64,000 nt of DNA from Bacteroidales bacterium (GTDB lineage: Bacteria > Bacteroidota > Bacteroidia > Bacteroidales > UBA7960): contig JAWLCS010000014.1 of NCBI GenBank assembly GCA_041687035.1, forward strand, positions 581-64,580. The letters run 5' to 3'. The position numbers and the translations under genes were made by a program. Below, in pieces: positions 8,770-18,002 of this stretch. The notes beneath the pieces are model-generated. The model was not told the DNA's origin. It ran no database searches and was given only the letters and a program-made list of their open reading frames with translations. Position 1 is the first letter of the stretch; each line of letters starts with the position of its first letter.

Positions 8770-11700
8770 TTAGAAGATAAATTTAACACCTAGCTGCAGA
8801 CTCCAGGTCTGGTTAAGGCTGATAATCGGCCTGTAGGTATCGTAAGGTACTTCACCTTCGGGACCACCTGTTACACGAGTGAGTCTGTAGGTGGGAACGT
8901 TATCGGTAGCATCCCTTCCGGCATAGGTAAGGGGTGAGCGCTGCCAAGTAGTTTCGGAAACACCCCACTCGCTACTGAGCATATTACCAAAGTTGAGAAT
9001 GTCAACAGTAAACTGCAGTTTGTAGCGATCAGGCAAACCGGTGAAAACGATATCCTGGGCAATGCGCAGGTCGAAACGGTTCAGCCATGGAAGGATGGCA
9101 CCATTGCGCTCAGCAACTTTTCCGCGGTTGGCGCTTAGGTAGTCATCCTGCTCAATATAGTCGTTTAGAATTGCCCACTGCTGCTCAGGAGTATAAGTAG
9201 TGCCGGCAATGGTTACGGGCAGGAATCTGATTTCGTTTGCGCTGTTTGGAATATACATCAGGCGGGAAGCACGGTCGCCAAAGTTACCAGCATAAACATA
9301 GCTGAAACGTCCGGCTTCACCACCACTGTAATACAATGCAAAGGTTGTGGTGTTCCTGGGGCTTATAATAGCCGTGTTGAACGACAAGTAACCTACAATA
9401 CGGTTGGGTTGATCGAAGCGGCTGTAACCAACTTCGGGCTGGTTGCGGTCTTCAGCAACTTCGTTGGGCCACAAGGATGCAGCCTGCGAACCACCAATCA
9501 AACCGTAGTCTTTACTTACACTGCGAGTGTAGGCAAGGCTGGCATAAACACCTGAGCCAAAGTCTTTCTGCAGCTGGGCAGTAAGAGAAGCATAGTAACC
9601 TTCATTAATGTTGGTAAGGTACATTACTTCATTAAACTGTGAATTCTGGGTGTAAGAGGTGAAGTAGGGTCTGGGATCTGCACCGCTAAAATTACCAGCA
9701 GGCTCAGCCAGGTTGATATTCATAGCCAGTGGACTGTTGAAGTCTTGTGAGTAAATACCCTCGAGGGTTGCGATTACTCCATAGGGCAATTTATAGTCAG
9801 CTGCCAGGTTGGTACGCCAAACCTGTGGGAATTTGAAGTTACGATCGGTAAGGTTAATATCCCTGGAAAGCTGAGCATCTAAAGTTTCTGGATCGGGTTT
9901 GTATACGCTTGGGTCAGCCTGAAAGCCTTGCCATGCAGGTCTTCCACCTTCGCCCCAAACATTTTCAACCCATTCACCTCCTACAAGGCTGTAACGATCC
10001 CAGCCTGTTAAGCCACGGGTTACACCGTTGGCACTAACTTGGTTGGAAATCCAAACAAAGGGAATACGGCCGGAAAATAAACCGGTACCACCACGCACTT
10101 GCAGGGAGTTATCGCCAAACACGTCCCAGTTGGCAGCAATCCTTGGCGACAAAAGTAAGCGAGCTTTGGCCAGTTGACTAACGTCAGGAATAATGGACGA
10201 ACCATCGCGTGGGTCAGTGAAACTGAGTCCTTGGTCAACCAGTGCATCCAGCCTGGGGTTACGGGGAAGATCAATAGGGAAGAATGGCAAATCAACACGC
10301 AAACCAGCTGTAACAACCAGGTCACGGGTAATTTGGTATTTATCCTGAAAATACAAGCCAAGTTGTGCGAATGCGGTTTCGTCGAGGGGGAGATCATCTT
10401 TGCCCTGATATGAATAACTCATGGCAAAACCGTCAGGGCGTGCATCGGGCAACCTGTTAACAACCACATCCAGAAAGTTCTGGTAAGAGTTAAAGCGATA
10501 GAAAGTATTTGCGTTGGGGTTGAAAGCGTTAGCAAAAGTCTGGTATTCGAAGTTTACACCGGCGGTAAGGGTATGCGCTCCCATGAATGCCGAGAAGTTG
10601 TTGGTAATGTTGAAAATGTCGTTCTCAAGCAAGTTTCCCACTGAGTAGAGTTCATTACCAAGGGCAAAATAATACCTGGGAGTACCAGTTGTTTCAGCCG
10701 GAGGCGGATCGCCATCCCATTCCAGCACTTCAACAAACGGGAACACCTGTCCACCAGGGATTCCACGAGTGGGGTCCTTAATGGCGGTGAAACCAATATT
10801 GAGGTTATTGGCAAAACGATTGCCAAACACTGAGTTCAATTCAGCCACAAATGAAGTAACGGTGTTATCGTTGGTATAGTTGGCATTGCGGAAAGTGAGC
10901 GCTTCATTTCCAAAACGGCTGGTATTGCCGTAGCGGGTCACGTTTCTAACGCTGTTACCGTTGATGGTCACATCGCGGAAGGCATCGTAATGATTGAGGC
11001 GAAGGGCCAATCGGTGGTTTCGGCTGATGTTATAGTCAATCCTAAAGTTAAGACGCAGGCCTTCGCTTGCAAAAGGATAGTTTTCGTAAGGGCCGGTTTC
11101 ATAACCATAAATGGCCATCATTTGCTGCCTTACAAAATCCATGCGGTCGGCGGGCACCCTGGTTACGTTCTGACCATCTGGCAGAAGACCTGGGCGGGTT
11201 GCAAGGCGCTGGTCCCCGGGAACAGATTCTTCTTCCTGCTCCATGCTAACGAAGAAGAAAAGGCGGTCGCGAATAATGGGACCACCAACACTGGCACCAC
11301 GAATTTTTGTAAAGGCATCCGAAACGTTCAGGGTCTGCTCACCAATTTTGCGGCCAAGCATATATTCGTTTCTGAGAAATGAATAAACCGAACCACGGAA
11401 CTCGTTAGAGCCGGATTTGGTAATGGCGTTTACATTGGCACCGGTAAAGCCTCCCGAACGAACGTCGTATGGAGCAATATTCACCTGGATTTCTTCGATA
11501 ACTTCAATACTAATGGGGTTGGTTCCTGCAAACTGACCTGAACCCAAACCAAAGTTGTTGTTGTAAATGTTACCGTCGATGGTATAGTTGTTAAAGCGGT
11601 TGTCGCGACCGGCAAAACTGGTTCCGTTGCTCTGCGGGTTGAGGCGGGTAAAGTCGTTGATGCTACGCGAAATGGTAGGCATTAGGTTAATGGTTTCGCT

Positions 11701-12135
11701 GTCGAGGTTGGTAGTAGCACCTGTACGACCGGCATTGAAAACACGGTCAAGGGTACCGGCTATTACAACTTCTTCGAGCACCACACCCACTTCGAGCATA
11801 AAAAATACCAGGCTGCGGGTTTCACCCAGCGACAAGTAAAGGTTGGTGGCCTGGTCGTTCTGATAACCCACGTAACTAACGGTAATCTCGTAAGGACCGC
11901 CGGTACGAAGGTTGGGCAGGTTGAAGCGGCCGTCAGCCCTGGTAATGGTGCCGTAACGCGTTCCCGAAGGAAGATGCACAGCCACCACGTTGGCATTGGG
12001 CATGGGCTCGCTGGTAATCGTCATTACCGTACCCTCGATAGAGGCGGTAGTGATCCCCTGAGCAAATGCTGCATTCGACCCGATAAGCATGGCGAAGACA
12101 GCAATCACGCACATCAAAATGGTTTGTTTTCTCAT
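8770..12135 (-). CDS. Large TonB-dependent receptor (1121 aa) with CarboxypepD_reg-like N-terminal domain
   Basis: Signal peptide, GTVMTITSEPMPNANVVAV... regulatory-like domain, plug, and an extended barrel ending in LQLGVKFIF (terminal aromatic residue). Confidence 0.88.
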   Translation of the reverse strand: MRKQTILMCVIAVFAMLIGSNAAFAQGITTASIEGTVMTITSEPMPNANVVAVHLPSGTRYGTITRADGRFNLPNLRTGGPYEITVSYVGYQNDQATNLYLSLGETRSLVFFMLEVGVVLEEVVIAGTLDRVFNAGRTGATTNLDSETINLMPTISRSINDFTRLNPQSNGTSFAGRDNRFNNYTIDGNIYNNNFGLGSGQFAGTNPISIEVIEEIQVNIAPYDVRSGGFTGANVNAITKSGSNEFRGSVYSFLRNEYMLGRKIGEQTLNVSDAFTKIRGASVGGPIIRDRLFFFVSMEQEEESVPGDQRLATRPGLLPDGQNVTRVPADRMDFVRQQMMAIYGYETGPYENYPFASEGLRLNFRIDYNISRNHRLALRLNHYDAFRDVTINGNSVRNVTRYGNTSRFGNEALTFRNANYTNDNTVTSFVAELNSVFGNRFANNLNIGFTAIKDPTRGIPGGQVFPFVEVLEWDGDPPPAETTGTPRYYFALGNELYSVGNLLENDIFNITNNFSAFMGAHTLTAGVNFEYQTFANAFNPNANTFYRFNSYQNFLDVVVNRLPDARPDGFAMSYSYQGKDDLPLDETAFAQLGLYFQDKYQITRDLVVTAGLRVDLPFFPIDLPRNPRLDALVDQGLSFTDPRDGSSIIPDVSQLAKARLLLSPRIAANWDVFGDNSLQVRGGTGLFSGRIPFVWISNQVSANGVTRGLTGWDRYSLVGGEWVENVWGEGGRPAWQGFQADPSVYKPDPETLDAQLSRDINLTDRNFKFPQVWRTNLAADYKLPYGVIATLEGIYSQDFNSPLAMNINLAEPAGNFSGADPRPYFTSYTQNSQFNEVMYLTNINEGYYASLTAQLQKDFGSGVYASLAYTRSVSKDYGLIGGSQAASLWPNEVAEDRNQPEVGYSRFDQPNRIVGYLSFNTAIISPRNTTTFALYYSGGEAGRFSYVYAGNFGDRASRLMYIPNSANEIRFLPVTIAGTTYTPEQQWAILNDYIEQDDYLSANRGKVAERNGAILPWLNRFDLRIAQDIVFTGLPDRYKLQFTVDILNFGNMLSSEWGVSETTWQRSPLTYAGRDATDNVPTYRLTRVTGGPEGEVPYDTYRPIISLNQTWSLQLGVKFIF

Positions 12136-12433
12136 TGTTTTTTGTTTTGTGATTGAAAAGATTAGGATTGGATTTATTGGTTAACGATTTAATTATTGAA
12201 AGTTCTTATACCTCCCGAAAATTGAATTGCAAAATTAATCGCTTACAGCGAAAACAAAAACACTAAAACGCGCTGCAACTTTAAGTTTTTGTTAATTGTT
12301 TACTAAGCCCCCTTTTTAAGGGGTGTTAAAGATGGGCAAAAGTATCTTTTTTTCAAACAGCGCGGAGAAAAAGTTATTAACGAGAAATTAACCAAGTTTT
12401 TCTTAAAATCGTTAAAAAAACACATAGATTGAT

Positions 12434-13528
12434 CTAAAGCATAAACACGTTTCTACGACTCCCTGCCGAGGCTTTTCCCTTTTGCAATGTAAAGGCAAAG
12501 GTAGTGCCTACGCCAAGGGTGCTGCGCACATTGATGGTCTGGTTATGGGCTTCGATGATGTGCTTTACAATGGCCAGGCCCAGGCCGGTGCCCCCCTCCC
12601 CTTCGCGAAAAGCCCTGCTCTTGTCGCCACGATAAAATCTTTCGAACACCCTCGGAAGTTCTTCACGCGGAATGCCAATGCCACTGTCGGTTACTTCAAT
12701 CAGAATGTTTTCGTCCATATCGAAAAAACTGATCTTGGTGCGGCCATTCTCAGTACCATACTTAATGGAGTTGACCACCAGGTTGGTAAGCACCTGTTGA
12801 ATGCCATGGCGGTCGGCTTCTACAAAAACAGGCGAATCGTAATTGCGGCCAAAGTGCAGCTGAATATTACGCGCCCCAGCCTTTATCTCCATAAACTCCA
12901 TCACCTCGCGCGCAAGTGAAACAATATCGAAGGTTGAAAAATTTAGCTTCAGCTCGCCCGACTCCAGTTTTGCTATCGCCTCGAGGTCTTCAATAATGCC
13001 GATCATGCGATCGATGCTTTGTTCGGTGCGCTGCAGGTATTTGCGATTTATATCCGGATCGTCGATGCCACCGTCGAGCAGGGTAAGCACATAGCCCTGA
13101 ATGTTGAAGATCGGCGTTTTAAGCTCGTGCGACACATTGCCCAGGAATTCGCGGCGGTAGGCTTCAAGCTTCTTCAGCTCTTCCACCTCTTTCTTTTTGC
13201 TGGTGGCCCATTCGAGTACTTCCTGATTGGTTTCCCTGATAATATCTTCTTTGCCAAACACCATCGCCTTTTTCTGGCCTTTTGGGGCTTTCAGTTCGTG
13301 TATGGTTTTGTATATCAGCCTTATGCGGTCGTAGATAAAGCGCTCGAGGATATAGCGAAAAAGAAAAAAAGTAATAACAATCAGCACCACATTGCCCACC
13401 AGAAGTGTTTTCCAGAGCAACTCGCCATATACAATAAGGGTGGTAATACCATAGGCAAGTGAGAATGCCAGGGAAACGATCAAAGAGGTGATAAGGGCTA
13501 GTTTGCGCGGGGTTGCATAGTTCATCAT
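12434..13528 (-). CDS. Sensor histidine kinase (PhoR-like architecture, two N-terminal TM helices)
   Basis: H-box FLGNVSHELKTP, N-box VLTNLVVNSIKYG, G1 VTDSGIGIP and G2 GGTGLGLAIVKHI are all intact. Confidence 0.88.
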   Translation of the reverse strand: MMNYATPRKLALITSLIVSLAFSLAYGITTLIVYGELLWKTLLVGNVVLIVITFFLFRYILERFIYDRIRLIYKTIHELKAPKGQKKAMVFGKEDIIRETNQEVLEWATSKKKEVEELKKLEAYRREFLGNVSHELKTPIFNIQGYVLTLLDGGIDDPDINRKYLQRTEQSIDRMIGIIEDLEAIAKLESGELKLNFSTFDIVSLAREVMEFMEIKAGARNIQLHFGRNYDSPVFVEADRHGIQQVLTNLVVNSIKYGTENGRTKISFFDMDENILIEVTDSGIGIPREELPRVFERFYRGDKSRAFREGEGGTGLGLAIVKHIIEAHNQTINVRSTLGVGTTFAFTLQKGKASAGSRRNVFML

Positions 13529-13531
13529 AAC

Positions 13532-14215
13532 TTAAACCTCGAATTTGTAGCCCACACCCTTCACTGTTTTAATATTTTCAATACCGATTTTTTCGCGCAG
13601 TTTCCTCACATGCACATCAATGGTGCGGTCGCCAACCACCACATTGCTACCCCAGACGCTGGCAAAGATCTCTTCGCGCGAAAATACTTTGTTGGGCTTG
13701 GATGCCAACAAGGCAAGCAGTTCAAATTCCTTTTTCGGCAGGCTAATTTCCTGCTCGTTTTTAAAAATCAGGTAACGCTCGCGATCGATCATAATGCTAC
13801 CCACCTGCACCCTTTCGGCGGCATCGCCTGCGGGGGCCGATCGGCGCAGCAGGGCTTTTACCCGGCTCAGCAGCAAGCTGGGCTTTATGGGTTTGGCAAT
13901 GTAATCATCAGCGCCTGCCTCAAAACCGGCAAGTTGCGAATAATCTTCCCCGCGGGCGGTTAAAAAGGCAATAATGCTGTGCGAAAGCTCAGGAAAACGC
14001 CGCAACTCGCGACAGGTTTCCATGCCGTCCATTTCGGGCATCATCACATCAAGAATAATCAGGTGGGGAAGCACCTCGCGGGCTTTCTCCACCGCCTCTT
14101 TACCATTAAGAGATTTGTGAACCGTGTAACCTTCGCGGGTGAGGTTGTAACCGATAAACTCCAGGATGTCAGGTTCATCGTCAACAAGCAAAATGCGGTA
14201 ATTGCCTGGTTTCAT
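13532..14215 (-). CDS. OmpR/PhoB-family DNA-binding response regulator
   Basis: REC domain (ILLVDDEPDIL...ILDVMMPEMDG) plus a winged-helix C-terminus (TIDVHVRKLREKIG...VKGVGYKF). It ends 3 nt upstream of the kinase gene start. Confidence 0.9.
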   Translation of the reverse strand: MKPGNYRILLVDDEPDILEFIGYNLTREGYTVHKSLNGKEAVEKAREVLPHLIILDVMMPEMDGMETCRELRRFPELSHSIIAFLTARGEDYSQLAGFEAGADDYIAKPIKPSLLLSRVKALLRRSAPAGDAAERVQVGSIMIDRERYLIFKNEQEISLPKKEFELLALLASKPNKVFSREEIFASVWGSNVVVGDRTIDVHVRKLREKIGIENIKTVKGVGYKFEV

Positions 14216-14356
14216 TTATTGTTTTTAAATGCAAGCCAAAATTAAGTGAATTTTCCCAGTAAAATGGCCCAGCCCCTTCTTTAAAAGGCTCATTTATAGT
14301 TTCCTTAAAACTAACTTAACAATTTCTTAATATGGGTAGCTGGCAGCAATTATTTG

Positions 14357-15001
14357 CTATAGCAGTGACCAGGCCAGGCCGAAGGTCCACACGGTGTTAT
14401 ATTGCCCGCGGTTATACCATGTTTGCGAGCCGCCCAGGTGAGGCCTCAGCGGGGTCACGCCCTGCGAAAAACGGAGGTGGAAGTTGAGGCGGTCGGCTAC
14501 CGGGTAGTACAATCCGAGCAACACATTCAACTCGGCATCATTGTATGGTTTTTCCTGCCCAAGTTCTATTTCAAGGTCGTTTTCTTTTTCCTGGGCTGCC
14601 ACCAGGAAAGCGACCGAAAGGCCGGCTTCGAGCGACAATCGCCCAGCCAGGCGAAGGTTTTCCCCGAAAGGGAAATCGTAGATTAACACCAGGGGAACCT
14701 CGGCATATTGAAGGGAAAAACGATAGTCGTAAAAATTATTTTTTTCGTTGGGGCGAGAGCGGCTGCCTTTCTGAATATAAAGAAGCTCGAGCTGCAGGCG
14801 GCTATAGACACCCACCCCTCTGTTGGTAAAAACGGAAGCAAACCAGCCCAGCTTATCGGGTCCGCCCAGGTTGTCGCCCGACACCTCGCTGGCAGTGATG
14901 CCGGCACGAAGGCCGCCATCGAAACGCTGCCCAAGGACAGAACCACCGCCCAGCAGAATAAAGAAAGATACCAGCAAAACGCCAATCCGACTGCAAGCCA
15001 T
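14357..15001 (-). CDS. Outer-membrane beta-barrel (porin-family/OmpA-like barrel) protein
   Basis: Signal peptide and alternating hydrophobic beta-strand pattern, with C-terminal ...TFGLAWSLL. Confidence 0.65.
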   Translation of the reverse strand: MACSRIGVLLVSFFILLGGGSVLGQRFDGGLRAGITASEVSGDNLGGPDKLGWFASVFTNRGVGVYSRLQLELLYIQKGSRSRPNEKNNFYDYRFSLQYAEVPLVLIYDFPFGENLRLAGRLSLEAGLSVAFLVAAQEKENDLEIELGQEKPYNDAELNVLLGLYYPVADRLNFHLRFSQGVTPLRPHLGGSQTWYNRGQYNTVWTFGLAWSLL

Positions 15002-15229
15002 AATAAACTGGTTAAAAAAGTTTTAAAGCAAAAAAAATAGTTTTCAAATGGCGTGACAAACAAAAATAACGTTTTTATTTAATTATTTTTATGGTTAAGC
15101 GTAAAATGAAGGACAAATTGCAATAAATTTGAAAATACGAATTTGGCGATGAAAACCCGTCGCTTGTTACGTTTATTTTGACATTGGCAAGGAAATCCTC
15201 CCGACAGGCCGTTGATGATGGATAACTGA

Positions 15230-17155
15230 ATGATTTTAACCGGGATGCATAATAAAGACCACGCTGAACTATCATCGGAAGAGTTGCTCGACCTTTACTG
15301 GTATGCCCTCGACGAAAGCATTGCTTTGCTAATGCTTAATGAGCAAGGGCGTATTACCTATGCCAACAAACAATTCGGCAGCCTCAGCGGATATGCGGTA
15401 AGTGAAGTGCATGGCCGTTTTACCGATTTTGTTCACGCGGCTTCTCACCACCCGGGATTCAAAACCGAGCTTGAGAACCTTATTCAGTCGGGTAAGAACT
15501 GGAAAAGAGAACTTTGCTTACAGGGCAAAGATGGCAAAGCCATGAAGTTGCTTGTGGCCTTTTACCCATGGCCGGGCCGGCAGCAGCCCCTGCAGCATTT
15601 AATCATTTTGCTGCCTGTGGCTAACCAGCAGCAGGCTTGTCCTGGCGACCCGGTGTCGCGCAAGGAGGAGCTCTCACATATTGCCCACGACCTGCGCAAC
15701 CCGCTCTACAACTTAAGCGCATTGTGCGGACTGCTTTTCGACACCCCCCTGGATGAGCAGCAGCTCGACTTTGTAAAAAAACTGAAGCGAACCACAGGTA
15801 TCCTTTCGGGAATGATCGATGATATGCTGCTGACATGCCTGGGAGAACAACCCGAAATGAAGCCCGTCATAAAAGCGCTTTCGCTGAAAAAAACCATAGA
15901 AGATTTCCATCTGCTCTTTGCCCGGCGCGCCGAAGAGAAAGGCATACATACCGCCGTGGAAGCCGATTTTTCGATGCCCGACTGCCTGTATGGCGACGGC
16001 AGGCGCCTGAGCCAAATCATTATTTACCTTTCCGAATTCCTGCTTGCACAGCCAGCCACCCGCTCCATAAGAATTACCGCCCTGGGAGAAGAAAAAAGCA
16101 AGGAAAAATTCGAAATATCTTTTTTTGTGCTTGGCCAGTTTGCCCCTTCCCAACCTCCCAACAAAAATTCGTTGCCAAGCGATGCAGATTTCAACCTTAC
16201 CCTGGAAAAAGTAAAATACAACATCGACCTTTTGCAGGGAAGCATTCTTTTACAGGAAATGAACCGGCAGGCTTTTTATTTTCATTTTCTGCTTCCGTTT
16301 AACCTGAACCCACCCGGGGAGACCGAACGCAAAGAAGAAGCCACGGTGACTGAAATTGCGCCTCCACCACCGAGAAACATTAAGATTCTGGTGGCTGAAG
16401 ACGTGGAGCTAAACCAAATGGTAATGAAGCATCAGTTGAAGAAAATGGGCATTGAAGCCGAATTTGTCAAAACCGGGTTTAATGTGCTTGAAAGACTCAA
16501 AACCAATGAATACGATTTGATATTAATGGATGTGCAAATGCCGGGACTCAACGGGTTACAAACCATGGAAGCCATCCGGGCCGCTGAAGCTGCATCTTAT
16601 TCAGACATTCCCATTATTGGCATAACGGCCAGCATTGGCCAAAACGCCCGGAAAAAATGCCTGGAGGCAGGGGCAAACGACTTTGTACCAAAACCTTATG
16701 AGCCCGAAGATCTCAAAAATAAAATAGAAACACTGGTAACTGATTACCGGAAAAAGGAAAAAAAAAATATTACTAATACTTCCCCTGTAAATATCATGAC
16801 AGAAAAATTATACGACCTCAGCAATCTCGAAGAAATGAGTGAAGGCGACCAGGAGTTTATGGTTACCATGATATCCTATTTTGTGGATAACACGCCGGAA
16901 GTGCTCGAAAATCTGAACACCAAAACCCAAAACCAAGACTGGGAAGCAGTGCGACACATTGCCCATAAGCTGAAACCACAGCTCAATTATGTGGGAATTA
17001 GCCAAATTGAAGATGAGGTGGAGCAGATTGAGCAATATGCCGACAAAAAAGAAAACCTGGACAAAATACCAGCCATGGTAGATAATACCACCCGGGTCTG
17101 CAGGATCGCCCTAGAGCAACTCAAGGAAGAACTGGAGAAACTTGCCCTGGACTAA
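15230..17155 (+). CDS. Hybrid sensor histidine kinase-like protein: PAS - HisKA - degenerate HATPase - REC - HPt
   Basis: It has a PAS-like N-terminus, the H-box SHIAHDLRNPL, a REC domain (KILVAEDVELNQ...LILMDVQMPGLNG...KPY) and an HPt (HIAHKLKPQLNYVG). The catalytic-domain boxes are not conserved (see finding). Confidence 0.8.
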   Translation: MILTGMHNKDHAELSSEELLDLYWYALDESIALLMLNEQGRITYANKQFGSLSGYAVSEVHGRFTDFVHAASHHPGFKTELENLIQSGKNWKRELCLQGKDGKAMKLLVAFYPWPGRQQPLQHLIILLPVANQQQACPGDPVSRKEELSHIAHDLRNPLYNLSALCGLLFDTPLDEQQLDFVKKLKRTTGILSGMIDDMLLTCLGEQPEMKPVIKALSLKKTIEDFHLLFARRAEEKGIHTAVEADFSMPDCLYGDGRRLSQIIIYLSEFLLAQPATRSIRITALGEEKSKEKFEISFFVLGQFAPSQPPNKNSLPSDADFNLTLEKVKYNIDLLQGSILLQEMNRQAFYFHFLLPFNLNPPGETERKEEATVTEIAPPPPRNIKILVAEDVELNQMVMKHQLKKMGIEAEFVKTGFNVLERLKTNEYDLILMDVQMPGLNGLQTMEAIRAAEAASYSDIPIIGITASIGQNARKKCLEAGANDFVPKPYEPEDLKNKIETLVTDYRKKEKKNITNTSPVNIMTEKLYDLSNLEEMSEGDQEFMVTMISYFVDNTPEVLENLNTKTQNQDWEAVRHIAHKLKPQLNYVGISQIEDEVEQIEQYADKKENLDKIPAMVDNTTRVCRIALEQLKEELEKLALD

Positions 17156-17553
17156 CCAAATCTGGTCATTTAACTCCTTCAAAACTATCTGATCATTTTT
17201 TTGTTAACTTCCTGACAGCAGACCCCTCAAAAGGCTGCTAAAGAATCGCTGTATTCCTTTAATTTAAATGGTTTTAAACTGTATGAAGGTTAAAAACCTG
17301 GACTTTTTTTAAATGAAATCAGTATTCATACCTAAATACTAACGGTGAAAAATACCCGAAAAATCGGTAAATACCCTGATTCTTTAGTCCCTAATTTTGT
17401 CAAATCTTTGTAATGGATTATTGGCGTTTTCTTCGTATATTCATTTGCAGGAGAAAAAAGCCAGTCTGGCCGGTTATAACCGGGTTTTGTATTTTAGATT
17501 TTAACAAAAAAGCAACCTGACAGAACAAGCACTACACCCTAAATCACAAAACA

Positions 17554-17916
17554 ATGAAAATACTCGTATGCGAGGATGATTACATGGTTATTAAAGCCAT
17601 TGAACACAAGCTTACCCGCGAGGGCTACGAAGTCGATGTTGCCAACGATGGCAGGATGGCATCCGAAAAGCTCAGATCGCAGGATTACGATCTGGTAATT
17701 ACCGACTTGCTCATGCCATTTACAGGAGGCCTCGAACTGATTAACCTGCTAAAGAACGACCTGCAAAAGTCAACTCCTATTATTGTGTTATCGAAAGTAG
17801 GTAATGAAGAAACCATTATTGAAGCTTTCAAGCTGGGAGCCGACGACTACCTTACCAAGCCTTTCAGCCCCAACGAATTGTCAATAAGGGTAAAACGATT
17901 CCTAATCAAACGCTAG
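17554..17916 (+). CDS. Single-domain (CheY-like) response regulator receiver
   Basis: 120 aa, MKILVCEDD...LVITDLLMPFTGG...KPF, with no output domain. Confidence 0.9.
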   Translation: MKILVCEDDYMVIKAIEHKLTREGYEVDVANDGRMASEKLRSQDYDLVITDLLMPFTGGLELINLLKNDLQKSTPIIVLSKVGNEETIIEAFKLGADDYLTKPFSPNELSIRVKRFLIKR

Positions 17917-18002
17917 CCTTTCTTATGTATGGATACTGAATCTATTTTTCAGGGCAGCCAATATTCACATAATAACTAGGATGTTTTCAATCCGGAAACA
18001 TT

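Noticed and set aside
12136-12433. Possible cobalamin or other riboswitch leader in front of the large TonB-dependent receptor.
   Set aside because: The region is AT-rich and shows no B12-box-like or other conserved riboswitch core that I could recognise. The only hairpin (CCCCTT..AAGGGG near 12310-12325) is small and is better explained as a weak terminator after the kinase gene.
17156-17553. Possible c-di-GMP or other riboswitch in the 400-nt leader of the polysaccharide locus.
   Set aside because: No GEMM-I or GEMM-II core (GGCAAACC...GGGACGCAAAGCC type) is present. There is only a palindrome, CCGGTTATAACCGG, followed by a T-rich tract, and a TAATTTTG -7-like box at 17392-17399. These are more consistent with a terminator and promoter arrangement.
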